Positions 47,305-63,840 are shown, numbered from the stretch's first letter. The stretch is 64,000 nt of DNA from Eledone cirrhosa (GCA_964016885.1 OZ024743.1:21886001-21950000), one strand, 5' to 3'. The notes: generated from the letters alone by a model not told the origin. Numbers and translations are program-made.

Positions 47305-47307
<3 letters not shown>
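46871..47307 (-). mobile_element. Family A retroposon copy 5 (diverged relative at about 47530-47680)
   Basis: Near-identical to 2603-3039, flanked by (TACA)n on both sides. Confidence 0.8.
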
Positions 47308-47364
<57 letters not shown>

Positions 47365-48134
47365 CGGATGCATCTCGGTTTCGAGAATTGTCATTCCTTG
47401 ACACATTTCTCATACACGGGTAGCACAAACATGATTTTTCTGCTCTGCCGATATCTCCTTTCTGTATATGCTGCAGCGAATGAAAAAAGAAAATGCCATA
47501 CTCACGCAACGCACCTGAAAGTCGTTTAGATCAAGTGATGTCTGTGCTTGAAGTCTTTTTAAGTGAATAAAGGCCTTGCAGAGGACCAATCCCACACCAT
47601 GAACAACGGTAACAGGTATTCAAAATGATGAACAGGTCAACATCATTGACTGCCATAGAGTCGCAGATTTTCCTTCTAGAAAGAGATAGCCACACCATTT
47701 GCAGAGAAAAGCTGCCCCACTCTCGAATCCATATACAGATGAAGATTACTTGCTGTATTGGAATTATCATCCTAATAAAAAAGAAATTGACAACTGAGTG
47801 GTCATGAGGTGTCTCGTACCAATAAACAGAGATAACTAATGGCGACTGTCATATATCAAAACCAATAATTGTCTCACTATTCAATGCGCTTGGCGTTTTC
47901 CAGCACCCCAAACAAATCCGCGTTTAATATAGAAATAATTGCCTGGTCATATGTATATAAATGTGTTGAAGAACACAAAACGTATACCTAGTAGATAAAT
48001 CACACTCCAATATTTGCTGGCACATAATCGTTATGATAAGAATAGGATAGGAAGTGACAACTAATGAAAAAGATTGTGGAGGTGTTCAAGTTCATTGGTG
48101 AGAGTGGACGGACTGAACAACAGAGGAAGGAATA

Positions 48135-48370
48135 ATCGTCTAATTTAGGCACAAAGCCAGCAATTTTTGTGGAAAGGCAAAATCGATTATATCGACCCCA
48201 GCCCTTGACTGATGCTTTTGTTTTATCGATCCCGGAAGGATGGAAGGCAAAGTTGACCTCGATGGGATTTGAAATCGGTGGGATCTGAAATCAGAAAGTA
48301 AAGAAACAAAAGAAACAAAACCTGCTAAGCATTTGTCTGGGACTGTAACGACACTACCAATCCACCGCTA
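48135..48370 (-). mobile_element. Family B SINE
   Basis: Core motifs on the minus strand. Confidence 0.7.
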
Positions 48371-48399
48371 TACAGAACATTTAATAATGAAGCAGCATA

Positions 48400-50130
48400 C
48401 ACATTTCACAATGAGAAGATCGACTATGGTACATTTATGAAGATGTATAACTACATCGGAAGAATGATTACTTCACATGTGTTCATTACTCTCAAGCTCT
48501 CCCAAACAGCCAAAATGAATACAAGAAGGCAACGAATTGTCAAGGTCGAGGCTCCTTAGTAACGTTGCTGTCTAAAACTATAGTGAATTCTGTTATCAGA
48601 GACACCCGGGATAAAATACGTCTGTGAATTTCTGAAGCAACATCAAACAATTTTGCTTTTGAAAATGAGACAACTGAAGACCTCTCAAAACAAGACCAGT
48701 GCTCTGCTGTTGTTAGATATGTTGAGAACACTGGCACTATCAAAGAGGTGATTAGTCAATGTAAAATACGATTAATGTACTGGTGTTTCTGAAATCACGT
48801 TAAGACTGAATTTTGACCTCAAGAACTGTGTTGGAAACTCATCTGGCGGAGCTGCAAACATGTTATTAAGGCATTAACACTCTGTTATTAAAAGAAGCTC
48901 AACTTAACCTGAATGACGGTTTCTATATATTAAATCCCGCTGCGACTGAAGCTACAAGTGTTCTTGTGACTAGTACATCAGTATTCATTCTACTGAAAGA
49001 GATCGTAGTGTTATTTTGGAATTCCAATTAGCGAATGAGCATCTTGAGTTGACACCTCACAAATATGAAATGAATCGGGCGTTATCTTGAAGGTTTGTTT
49101 TGTTTTATTCAACAGCTCACCTGAGGTATTTCATGGACATTATTACTACGTTAATGTCATTTTTGTTGCTGACCGAATTCCAGCATCTATTAAGGTCAAC
49201 GTAATAGAATATATTGGCAGCCACCTGAAGTTTAAAACAATTTTGTTTACATAGGTATATCAGTAAATAATCTCCCATACTTTCCAAGTATCTATACACT
49301 GCACAATGAGAATGGCTAACTGCGCACTGGGTGGTGAATGGGTTGCTAGAGAATAGGCAGATGCTACGGGATCACTTTTAAGCTTGTCACGAAGCAGGTG
49401 CAGTTTTCTTCATCAGCTGAATGAATGTAGATTCTGTTATGGAAGATTCACTCCTATAAAACAGCAAAGACGGTACAAATGAGTTGATGGTGAACTGCCC
49501 ATAGATGAGGCTACATTAGATTCTGGGCCAATAAAAGTATTGGTATTGATGTATACAACTGAATATAAGACAGTATTGTTAGCAGCATTGATCAATGGTT
49601 TAACAGATCATCAAAATCACCCAAGGAACTGTGATCAAGCGCCACCGAAAACTATCAAGAAATCCATAATCATTTGGTGAGATTTGATGATGGGTCCACT
49701 ATGTAACGTGTATGAACAGAATTGCAAAGCCTTTGGAAACTGTGGCCAACACTGAACAATCAGTAATAGATGTTTCTAGCTTGCAGGAAGAGTAGGAGGA
49801 CCGTGACTGAGTCTGAACATGACAGAAGACTTTGCCAAGTATATGTAAGTCATGTAAAAGCCTCTCTCTCCGCTGCTATAGCGTGCTTCTCAAGTTGAAC
49901 CACTTCACTGATGCCTGCAACGACATTGGATTTGCCTACACGTCGCTGTTCACCCTCCCAAGTGTCATGTAAACGGTCTGTATCTGATTTGAAGAGAACC
50001 AAAAGCCATCTGTGAAGTACAATAACACTAGAATATTTTGAGGCATTCAAGCTGATGTCTGTAGGATAGGGATTCTGGTCAAGCTCCACATGAAGGATAT
50101 CCTTGATGATGACTGCCATAAGCAGTGTAT
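48400..50130 (+). pseudogene. Highly degenerate hAT transposase
   Basis: ETTEDLSKQDQCSAVVRYV (DETTD..EQ..VRYV), NCVGNSSGGAANM (G.SYDGAANM) and SCKRSVSDLKRTKSHL*ST (dimerisation motif CERSFS.LK..K..LRST). Confidence 0.7.
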
Positions 50131-51059
50131 TGCACAGTCACCTACTTTCTTGTGTTACTGTCCGGAAATATACTTAAATCTTAGTGATTTTGTGTAGATG
50201 TTTTAAAGTGTTTTCTCTATTTTATCAAATATGCAACATATTTAATAAGAATGGGCTGACCTAGTAAATTATTTTGAAACCAAATCCACAGTGCATTAAG
50301 GGTTCGCGTGTCTGTTGACATCATCAAAACTGACGCAGAATCATTTATATACTTGGGAGGTTGGTTGTATTTTATTGAAAGTGATACATGAATTTTTTTA
50401 CATAACCATGCTACATTTTACATTATTATTTCTCTATGTATTGAATTACCATTGCCTTGCTTTCACAGCTTTTTGTTTCTATATTGTTGTAATATCAACC
50501 GTAGAATGGGAATGGTACTAGAATGCAATCGAATACATCGGCTGCAAGAATAGGTCTGGTACTTGTTTTTTAACTAGCAATAGTATCCTGCCTTCTTCGG
50601 GTTTATTAATACCTAAAATAACTACAAGCACAAGAATCCACTATATTTTGAATATATTGCTTTGAATGGGCGCGGGAAATTTCCAGTTGGTCTGAGAATG
50701 CTGATTCATTAAGAACTATAGCATCCAAACCATTCAAAAATGGTTATAGTCAAGCTTTTAAAAAAAGGCACGTTTACTCTTGCATTTCTTTTATTGGAGC
50801 TTGTGGAATTTCTTTTTCGAAATTCCGAAATAATTTTACACACACACACACACACACACACGCTCATATATATATAAACGCGCACGCCAACATATAAAAA
50901 CACACACAGGCTCAATTCTTATCTATAGTATGGTTAACTCTAGATAATAAACTCAATATAGATATTCCTGACAGATACTCAAAAATATATTTTGAAGGAC
51001 CCCACATGAGCTGTGGAAAAAAGCACTCTGTTATTCCTATTCTAATACATTCACAAATG

Positions 51060-51091
<32 letters not shown>

Positions 51092-51105
51092 TGTATGTAT
51101 GTATG

Positions 51106-51169
<64 letters not shown>

Positions 51170-51185
51170 ATATATATATATATAT

Positions 51186-51373
51186 GAAAAAGTATGACCC
51201 CGACGGCAGAGCTCAAGCCGTTTCGACGGTTATTTCTGGACCAAATAGCCGTCGAAACGGCTTGAGCTCTGCCGTCGGGGTCATACTTTTTCCTATTACC
51301 CACTCTGCTACCCCAAGTATTGAGTACTCTGCTGCGTTATGGTCTCTATCTGGTTTCTTACCACAACTCATTC

Positions 51374-51374
<1 letters not shown>
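51186..51374 (+). mobile_element. Fold-back plus tail element, second copy of 703-899
   Basis: Palindrome 51186-51292 with the same centre, tail with TGAGTACT (51321-51328), and (TA)n on both sides. Confidence 0.8.
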
Positions 51375-51455
<81 letters not shown>

Positions 51456-51464
51456 GTATAAATA

Positions 51465-51546
<82 letters not shown>

Positions 51547-52053
51547 GTTCAAGAGTAACCAATCTTAAAGAGAGAGATGGAGATAGGAGAGGAGATAGGA
51601 GAGGAGATAGGAAAGGAGAAGAGAGATTGGTGAATTAGTTAGAAGCCAAAGCGTAAAGGCATGTACTCAATGTGCAATATCCAGTAGAAAGCAGCTAGGT
51701 GGCTGGGTTCAATTAGAGCAGCTCATCGGAACTTCAAAAGGAATATAAATTAAAATAAGGAAAGAATGTTACATGAACGTAATGTTCCATATATTAGTAT
51801 TTCACTATGGTGCCCTGGGTATATCTATTGTCTGTCATAGTCGAGCAGTATTCTTCTATCTAGGCTGCATTGTGTGAGATCTGCCTATGGGTAACAAGAT
51901 CGCCGACAATGGACATATTTACCTTACTAATTAGAGGGTGGTTTCAGGGGAAGTAACTCCTTGAGAAATTAGAAATTGTGGGTAGTTTATAGTTAAGAAG
52001 TGGTAATTTTTTAAATTTTTTAATTGAGAGACAATGTAAGGGAGGTAACATAT

Positions 52054-52312
<259 letters not shown>

Positions 52313-52806
52313 CACATATATATATATGTGTGTGTGTGTGTGTGTCTGTGTGTGTGTGTGTGTATATAAAAAGAAAGATCTTCTTTGTTCAGAAAATGAC
52401 CTGGGATTTACACCTAAAAATGTGCCCTTCTGAAGCGCAAATCCAGGCAAGATTATTTGTGAGAAAGCGTCACACATAGCAATCTCCTCTCTGTGCGCCA
52501 CCAATGTCGTCCAACTGAAAGGCAAAGACATACAGATATACATGTCTTCTTTGTTTCAGTCATCGTACCACCTCCATCTTGGCGTATTACATAAACATTA
52601 ACAGTGACGTCGCAACTCTTTTCTACAGCTGAGTAACCTGGAGCAACTGGAATAAAATGTCTTGCTCAAGGACACAACACATCATCCTGTCTGGGAATCG
52701 AACTCACAACTTCAGGCCAAACGGTCTAACTACTGAACCATACTCCTTTATATATATATATTAAAATATAAGTATTAATAAAATAGATGTTCTTTTGATC
52801 AATTAC

Positions 52807-52859
52807 ATTTTATTATACATATTTCGGATGTACAACAGTACGTCCTCATCAGACAAAAT
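52807..52859 (-). ncRNA. Type I hammerhead ribozyme, canonical core (left arm)
   Basis: ATTTTGT-CTGATGA-GGAcGTACtgttGTACaTCC-GAAA-TATGTA-TA-ATAAAAT. Confidence 0.85.
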
Positions 52860-52919
52860 ATAATGATACATGACATACCCTGAGATGTTAAATGGCTAAG
52901 ATTTAATCAAGGTAGTCAT

Positions 52920-52972
52920 ATTTTGTCTGATGAGGACGAACTGTTGTACATCCGAAATATGTATAATAAAAT
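52920..52972 (+). ncRNA. Type I hammerhead ribozyme, canonical core (right arm)
   Basis: CTGATGA at 52927-52933 and GAAA at 52954-52957, 7-bp stem I, one substitution in distal stem II. Confidence 0.82.
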
Positions 52973-53118
52973 GTAATTGATCAAAAGAACATCTATTTTA
53001 TTAATACTTATATTTTAATATTAATAACTCCTGAAAATAATTTTTCGTTGAGTGCTTCCAATCTACTGTAAAACTCATTATTTGACATAATCATCGAATA
53101 TTGTTTAACAGCTTAATA

Positions 53119-53296
<178 letters not shown>

Positions 53297-53667
53297 ATAT
53301 ATATTATAAAGTATCGGAGCCCGGCGTCTGAGTCCTTGCCCACAATCTTCAATTAATCTCTGATGAGGATACAATGATATCAGGATAATTTCATGTTTGT
53401 GTGTGTGACTAGAGGAATATTTGAAAGTGTTTACACTTGATTCTTTCCAGAGCGAATCTTTTAATCAAACTATGGTAATTATGTTTATATTAAGTTTTAC
53501 CTTAACATCTTCAAATATACGTTGTTCTACTATAAATATTTATTATACACACATATACACGTACACACTCACAGACATGCACGCACCCGCGAACGCGCCC
53601 ACACGTATACGCATATGCACAAACGTACACGCATATAAAGATACAAATACATCTATATGCATACATA

Positions 53668-53863
53668 CAAGGTTAAGCTGAAAAGTTCATAGGCTAACCA
53701 AAATACTCTCAAGAAATGACCAAATGAGGTTTATTTTTCAACATAGTTCCTGGAGAGAAACAATGCAGTTATTAATAAGAAGAGTCGAAATTAATGCATA
53801 AAAGATTTCACAGCTCTAACATGACTCCTTCATTCAGCCTATCAACTTTTCAGCCGATCCTCG
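53668..53863. mobile_element. mariner-derived MITE
   Basis: TA|caaggttaagctgaaaagttcataggct ... agcctatcaacttttcagccgatcctcg|TA. Confidence 0.7.
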
Positions 53864-54231
53864 TACATACATACATGCATACACGCATACATACACACAC
53901 ACATACATACATGCATACATACATACATGAAGCTAGGCTTCACAGAAACAGAAAGGACACGGCTAGTTAGGAAATTACAAGTACAATCCATTAATGGAAC
54001 AGTAAAAATATGTAAAACATTCCAAAATTTTGCATCTAATAACTGCATATACACATGTACAGATACAAAGCATATTGCACATGCATACATATAACTCGAA
54101 ACGTCCATATCCACACATACATTAACATCCATACCTGCACACATATGCATGCATGTAGATATGCATACATATCTACCTAGTTGATGTTATTTAAATTCCA
54201 ATGAGAGAGTCTTGTATCTATGTTAGAAACC

Positions 54232-54273
<42 letters not shown>

Positions 54274-54286
54274 TGGTAAACGTTCA

Positions 54287-55514
54287 TCTACTTATATATA
54301 TAACCAGCAATTTCTCTGTCTGTCTGTCCGACAGTGGAAACACGTGCGCGCGTGCGAATGTTTTTTGCACACGCGTAGAGAGAAAGTGAGAGTGAAAGAA
54401 AGAGACAGACTGCGAGAGGGGGATAGCGGGAGGGAGAGAGGGAGAGAGAGAGAGAGTGAATAGACGCTAAAACACGTGCTACAGAAATATTACCTTCGCC
54501 TTCCTTTCTCCGCTTTGGTACTACCAAGAGAAACACTGTCGCTATAGAAACATTACCTTCCCCTCTCCACTGACTTTGGTCACTGAGGCCGAGGGAATCG
54601 CTGGTTGCTATAGAGACACCTTGCACAAGCCAGAAGTAACCAGTTCGAGGCGGTTCTGACTTGACACCATGCCAAGGACCATTTGAAGAAGGTTGCAATT
54701 GAATTTGTGGTTGTTGCTGCTGATAATAAGGACCGTTTGAAGAAGGTTGCCATTGAATTTGTGGTTGTTGCTGCTGATAATAAGGACCATTTGAAGAAGG
54801 TTGCTGCTGATGAGATAATTTATTAATCAGATTGCGCAGTTCCATAACCTACGTTTGATTTGTTCAATTTTTTTCTTCAATTTTTTTTTAAATTTTTTTT
54901 ATTTCTTATTGAAAAAATATAAATAATAAAATAAGGTTAGAAATTTAAATACAATTAAATACGATTTAATTTCCATTTCCAGCAGCCAATGTCCAGTGTT
55001 CAATTCTACTTATAATATATAATGGGCATTTCTCTGTTTGTTTGTCTGTCCGTCTGTAAAAAATGCCAAGGAAACAAATAGACGCTGTTTCAAATCTCTA
55101 TGCTTTTCAAATTCATTACATTAATCTTTATTTATACGTTTCGCTTTACGAGTGTTTCGACTTACGAGTGTTTCGGCTTACGAGTGTTTCGGCTTATCAT
55201 TATATATAAACGTTTCTATTTCCATCGTTTTGTCGTAAACGTTTATATATTTCCATCGTTATATCATAACGTTTATGTATCATAACGTTTATATTTCCGT
55301 CACTAATCTCTTTTTCTCCTTTTTCGTTTTAACATATATTTATTTCAAAGATTTCACCGTATAGATAACATATACATTTATACATGCATAAAAGACACAC
55401 CGAGAGACGGTGAACATGTGGTGCCGAAAACATTTCTCATCCAAATCTCAACAATATCAGTATATACACTAGATTTGCTAACAGAAAACCGCCCACCGGG
55501 TGGTTTTCTGCTAG
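54287..55514 (+). mobile_element. Helitron-like composite: two 5' ends (54287, 55005) sharing one H1-type 3' end
   Basis: TCTACTTATA..ATTTCTCTGT.TGT.TGTC at both starts. Ends cagaaaaccgcccaccgggtggttttctgCTAG. Confidence 0.6.
54674..54810. repeat. 54-bp tandem repeat x2.5 (Q-rich frame on minus strand)
   Basis: Unit aaggaccatttgaagaaggttgcaattgaatttgtggttgttgctgctgataat. Confidence 0.85.
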
Positions 55515-56412
55515 TCTATATATATAAAACTGAGGATGTCTGTGTGAGTGTGAGTTTGAATCCCTAAAACTCGAGAACCACACAACCGACTGTTTTCAAA
55601 CTTTACACATGTAATACTTATGTTTCAGGGAGTATTCTGAGCAAAGATTTCTAATTTTCAATGCGCTAGGGACCGCATTAGGCGATTTAGCGATCTCTCT
55701 CTGTAATTCTTAGTCTTTCTCTTTTTAGATAGATACATACATATAACGTCGCGCCCTTATAATATCTGTCTGTATGTCTGTCTGTCTACATCACGTCACT
55801 TCCCTGAGGATGTCTGTGTGTGTATCTGTGAGTTTGAATCCCTAAAACTCGAGAAGTACCCAACCGACTTTTTTCAAACTTTACATGTGTATTACTTATG
55901 TTTCAGGGAGTGTTATGCACATAAAAAATCCAACTTTTTGATCCCTTAGAGCCCGCATTAGTTGAAAAACTGCGTTTTTTCAGGTTTTTAGGGCTTTTTG
56001 AGTCGTTACATCAGACCGATTTCCTTGAAATTGTAACTATGTATTAGTCAGTCTATTCACACCGTGAGCAAAGAAAATCCAACTTTTTTATGACCTAGTG
56101 AAAAACTTAATTTTTTCAGCTTTTTTAGGGCTTTTTTAGAGGCGTTACGTCTAGCCGATTTTCCCGAAATTTCAAGGCATATTACGCATATAAAAAAAAT
56201 TCATTTTCTTGATCCCCTAGGGCCCGCATTAGCTGATAACCTGCATTTTTCCTGCTTCATCGAGGAAAATCTTAAAGATTATCCAGCCATCAGAGTATTC
56301 AGTTTATTTTCTTTACATATTGTCCAGGCATGCAGTTTTTCCACGATTAGGTCTGTTGGTGGCCCGCGTTCCAAAATACCTTATCCCGTGCAACGCCGGG
56401 TACCACCGCTAG
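55515..56412 (+). mobile_element. Non-autonomous Helitron family H2
   Basis: TC start directly after the previous CTAG, an internal duplication (about 55530-55640 / 55804-55915), a subterminal hairpin and a CTAG|T end. Confidence 0.75.
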
Positions 56413-57239
56413 TAAAATTATAAAACCAGAAAAACATACATACATACATACATAAATACACACTTACGTACATACATACATGTCTTTTTATTAGTTCAAT
56501 CTTGGCACTGCTTCTATCGTGGCGTATAACATTCATTGGTTTCAGTGAAGTATATCGAACATAGTAATTATTTCAGTCTAGTACATATTTTATCCTTTTT
56601 TATTTATTGAATTGCAAAATTACCTTTTTGAAGTTAAGGAACGCAACTTGATGCACCATTTATATATAACAGCTTACACAAACATAATCACATACAATAA
56701 CGACTCTCACGGTGTTTTTTTTTCTACATAGTTCCAGTTGGGAAGCATTGATCAGCTTATGGTTAAAGTATCAGAAACTTGACCTATGTATCACGCAGAG
56801 GGATCAAACACAGACACACAAATTTGTGAAACACACATAGCTAATTAATAGAAAAGTGAATGTTTGTAACTTGAGAGACAGAATAATTATATGTTTTTTT
56901 CTGACAGTAACATGTTTTAAATCATTGATCCAAGTGGCTACCTTTTACTGCTGTTCTTATTAGGTTAATGAACCTTGTTAATTAAATGTAGTTTTCCCAA
57001 ATTCTTTGTGATGAAAGTTCACAAACACAATCTTATTTAATGTCATATGCCCTAAATAAGGAGAACGATTTATTCGGTGTAAAATTAAGCATTACACAAA
57101 TTTAGAGTAAATACACTTTGTCAACTAGTAACCTTTTGACATCTACATGTTAAGGAACGATAGTGGTAGATATGACTCATATCTCACAGTTTGTTATAAA
57201 TATTTTTATTGAAGGGCACTGGAGTGAGAGAAATTACAG

Positions 57240-57620
57240 ATTAGAGTAATAATGTTTTTAATGGTGATGGTAAGCGCCCAGTCGTTCAAGGGAGATAAAT
57301 CTTTAGTCTGGGAGGCCACATTCTGTGACAAGTTTTCCGCTTCCAACACTGTTGTGGTGGCTACAAATCCGTGTACCGCCACATGTAATGCGGAGGAGGG
57401 AAATATAGCTAAATACCGAGACCTGACCGATCGCTTCCTTTTCATGCCAGTCGCCATCGAGATCTCGGTATTCTCGATCCGAGAACTGCCATTTTCTTAC
57501 GCAAAATTGGGAGTATTGCATCCTGCCTGAGAAAGAAGCCTCGTCAGGTAGAGTGGCTGATGCAGCAGGTGACACTGGTTGTTCTCATGACATTACTTTC
57601 GCCATCTTGTTCAGGGGGCG
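57240..57620 (+). pseudogene. CRE-like non-LTR endonuclease relic
   Basis: KSLVWEATFCDKFSASN..CNAEEGNIAKYRDLTDRFLFMPVAIE. Confidence 0.65.
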
Positions 57621-58220
57621 TAGTTGCGACATACCATCTCGACTAGGTGTAGAGTCTGCCACTCCTTTCCTCCTTTCTTTAACTGTTCCGGGCTGTACAA
57701 CATAACGGTGTAAAGATTTCAAGCTACTTTATCTCCAAAATTTCAAAGCATATCCCGATAATTTGAAAACGCATTTGAGCCTGATTTCAAATTTCCCTGG
57801 CACTGTCCATATTTAGCAAAAATAAAATCTAACGTTCACAACTCATGAGATGTTTATTGCATAAAACACAAGATATATACAAAATTAAAAATTCATAAAA
57901 ATGTTAAAAAGCACTGATAAAATACCACAGAAATATTGGATTAAACCTTTATATAATCCCTTATTGAAAAATAAAAACTGCTTATTAAATTATTACGTTT
58001 TAAACATCAGCTATTCATAATCTGTAAAAATGAATTAAGATCTTTTTTTCTTTTTTTTTTCTTTATGAGCACTTTCAAAGCCTTATTTTGTCGTAGTTTT
58101 TACATCTGAGTTTTTCGACTCTTAGATTGATGACTTAACAAGGACTATGGGTTTCTCACACCTGGTGGGATAACAGCACACTCGGACAACAAATCGAATA
58201 TTTCCACGAGCCAGCGCATG

Positions 58221-58267
<47 letters not shown>

Positions 58268-58269
58268 AT

Positions 58270-58580
58270 AGTGGTAGCTATGGTGCTTCTATAGGTGGTA
58301 TGCCAAAATTAGCACTCGATATTCATCAGAGTAGAGTGTAGATATTATAAAGAAAACGAAAAATCAGTGATGCATCTGGACTTAGTTAATTTCGTGTTTT
58401 ATCATAGTGATAAAATTTGCTCCGGACATAACACCCGTGTCTGAAAGAACCCGCAGAAGTAGAATCAGCCAGATCCATACAAGGACCATGACTCGAGTTA
58501 CATCATGCCGGCGAAACATTTGTAACACGAAATAAACTAAGTCCAGATGCATCACTGATTTTTCGTTTTCTTTATAATAT
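58270..58580 (-). mobile_element. Fold-back element: 57-bp arms, 125-nt spacer, tail
   Basis: Arms 58342-58398/58524-58580, tail with CGAGTGCT (58318-58311), microsatellite on both sides. Confidence 0.7.
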
Positions 58581-58604
58581 ATATATATATATATTTTTTG
58601 GATC

Positions 58605-58818
58605 GATCGACTTTCGTCAAATCGGACCGAGGAAACAATGTTTCCGTTGGTCTTTCCAGTTGCTAGTACTATCTATCGGTCGCAACTCCAGGTAGAAGGA
58701 GCAACGTGAAAAAAAGTGTCTTGCTCAAGGAAATAACGCATCGCCCGGTCCAGGAATCGAACTCACAACCTCAAGATTGTGAATCCAATTCTCTAACCAC
58801 TCAGCCACACGCCTTCAC
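58605..58818 (-). mobile_element. Family C SINE
   Basis: tRNA-like head plus TCCTTGAGCAAGACACTT core on the minus strand. Confidence 0.8.
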
Positions 58819-58841
58819 TATAATATATATATTTATATATA

Positions 58842-60911
<2,070 letters not shown>

Positions 60912-60934
<23 letters not shown>

Positions 60935-61420
60935 GATAAATCTACCAAGAGTTTACGGTAGTGTCCAATCCGTATGAAGAACTCAATGTAATCCGGATAT
61001 CATGGAAAGAAGAGATGCATTCAAAAATCACTTTCGGTGAAAGATAAACGGAATACAGAGTCAAGATAAAATATAAAAAAAATAATGAATAAAACAATGA
61101 AACAGTTCCTTATATTAAACAAAAAAAATAATGAATAAAACAATGAAACAGTTCCTTATATTAAACAAAAAAAGTTCATTATTTAACGATCGTTTCTAGG
61201 ACATATATGTGTTAGAATTGGCATGCATATTCAAAAGATCTATGTACAAAATTATACAAAATTATACAAACTATCAAATAGAATATACATACCAACACAT
61301 ACATATGCCGTCTTCAGAAATAATGAAGTATATTTATTGATAATAACAACAATTCAAAATTACAGGTCTGTTTGGGAACAGATTTTAAATAGACCAATGA
61401 AATACATAAAAATACATCAA
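60912..61420 (-). mobile_element. 3' end of the same Penelope-like family as 30957-32903, with tail
   Basis: Homologous to 30960-31230. TGAGTTCT at 60985-60978, about 48-bp local duplication at about 61075-61172, and abuts (TA)n. Confidence 0.7.
61175..61327 (-). ncRNA. Candidate hammerhead with 114-nt stem II domain
   Basis: TTCATTATTT-CTGAAGA-[114 nt]-GAAA-CGATCG-TT-AAATAATGAA with a perfect 10-bp stem I. Confidence 0.62.
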
Positions 61421-61676
61421 GAAAATACAGTTAGGTGTGTGTATATATGTAAGTAACTTCGTTCACAGATATGCATAAAAATGTATGTTCACATGCATAC
61501 GCATGTCGAAAAAGTGTATGTAAATACAAAAATTGAGGGCTAATGTCTCTGTATGTTTACAATCCACAGACAAAATACACATATGTATACATACATATAT
61601 ACACTCATATATACACACATATACATACATTCATACACACACACGCATATACACATAAACATACACATACCCACGA

Positions 61677-61707
<31 letters not shown>

Positions 61708-61956
61708 CACTCACACACACACATACGTATATATTATTATTATAACTATATGGATATTGAGGCGCACACATAAACACGGCCACATACACTTACATCTAGA
61801 TGCAGAACTAAAAATAGGTAAGGGAGTAAGTAAATTACAGAGGGTGTCAGACTCAGCATATTTATAAAAATGTATCTATAAATTTAGAAATAAAAAGAAA
61901 TATATTAAAAGAAATAAACAAGTAAAAGATATACTCATACATATAAATACACACCG

Positions 61957-61968
61957 ATATATATATAT

Positions 61969-62064
<96 letters not shown>

Positions 62065-62571
62065 TATACATATATACATACATATATATATACATACATA
62101 TACACATACACACACACATATATATACACACACATACTCACAACACACATATATACATATATGTACACACACACACACATACATACATATACATATATAT
62201 ATACATACATATACATATATACATATATACACACATATATATATATACACACACATATATATACACACACACACATACATATACGTATATATACATAGAC
62301 ACACATACCCATGTATATATACACACAACCACACACTCACACACAACTCAGACATACATAAATATAGAGACATACATACACACATATATACATATACATA
62401 TATACATACATATAAATACATATACACACACATATATATACACACATATATATATATATATACATATATAAAAAAAAAAATAAATACACACAGTCAGACA
62501 ATTATGCACATATATACACATACATACACACATCTCTACAAATACATATACATACACATACATACATACAC

Positions 62572-62640
<69 letters not shown>
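61957..62640. repeat. (TA)n/(CA)n compound microsatellite
   Basis: Directly visible. Confidence 0.93.
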
Positions 62641-62641
<1 letters not shown>

Positions 62642-63204
62642 TCTCATACTCAACAACCAAAAACATAAAACAAAATATAAGTGCTTATAATGCATAAAAA
62701 TGTAAAAAAACCATAAGTATACCACCAATACATCAAACTAACCATAATATCTCCTCAAATACAGAATTAACGAAAGGTTGTAACTGTAGAAACAAAGCAA
62801 ACTGCCCATTAAAAGGAAATTGTCTTGTTAACAACATAGTTTATAAATGTAAAGTTAAAACTAAAGATTCTATTTGCTCATATATAGGAGCTACTTCTAA
62901 CAATTTTAAGGTAAGGTTTAATACCCACAAACATAGTTTTAAAAATGCCGCACTGGCTAATACAACATCTCTAGCAGAAAAAATTAATAGTTATAGAAAT
63001 AAGAGTATAGAATATGATATGACCTGGAGTGTGCTCAAAAGAGCCACCCCTTATCAAAATAATAGAAATGAATGTAGATTGTGTTCCCAAGAACTATTTG
63101 AAATAATGAAATCTAAGGATATCCTATTAAATAAGCGACAGGAATTAATTATATCGTGTAATCATAAACTGAGAAAAACATTTAAATATTATAAACCTAA
63201 TTAA
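62641..63204 (+). pseudogene. Penelope-like element C-terminus: end of RT thumb, Cys linker and GIY-YIG endonuclease
   Basis: One frame: [76 protein letters not shown]. Single stop at 62695, 5'-truncated at the microsatellite. Confidence 0.88.
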
Positions 63205-63840
63205 TAATATATATTTTAGAAATTAATATATAATTTAATTTAAATGTAGTTAACCTATAATTTTAATTTAATTAAAATTCTACTACAGATGAATTTTAAA
63301 AAAATATTGTGTAATCATAAATTGTGAAAAACTTTTAAATATTATTAACATAATTAATATATACTTTGGAAATTAATTTATAGATTAATTTTAGTTTATT
63401 TAACCTTTTATTAAAATTCCTTTACAGATGAAATATAACAAAATATCGTGTAATCAATAACAGAGAAATACTTTTTAATATTATAAACCTAATTAATGTA
63501 CAATTTAGAAATTAATTTATAAATTAATTTTAATTTAGTTAACCTATAATTTTAATTTAGTTAGCTTAAAATTAAAATTCTAATACAGATGGATTGCAGA
63601 ATATCATGTAATCATAAACTGAGAAAAACTTTTAAATATATACCTAATTAATATATTCTTTACAAATAAATATATAGATTAATTTTAATTTTAGTTAACC
63701 TATAATTATATTCTACTATAGATAAAATACAAAATTTGCTTTAATTATTATAAACCTAATTAACATATACTATAGAAATTAATATATAATTTTTAATTTA
63801 GTTAACCTATAATTAATATTCTACTACCGATGAAATACTT
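63152..63840 (+). repeat. About 140-160-bp degenerate tandem repeat x4.5 spanning ORF end and 3' UTR
   Basis: tatcgtgtaatcataaactgagaaa-like starts at about 63152, 63305, 63444 and 63602, with a partial unit at about 63740. Confidence 0.8.

Noticed and set aside
53355-53395. CTGATGAGGAT..ATC possible hammerhead
   Set aside because: GAAA and stems I/III are absent.
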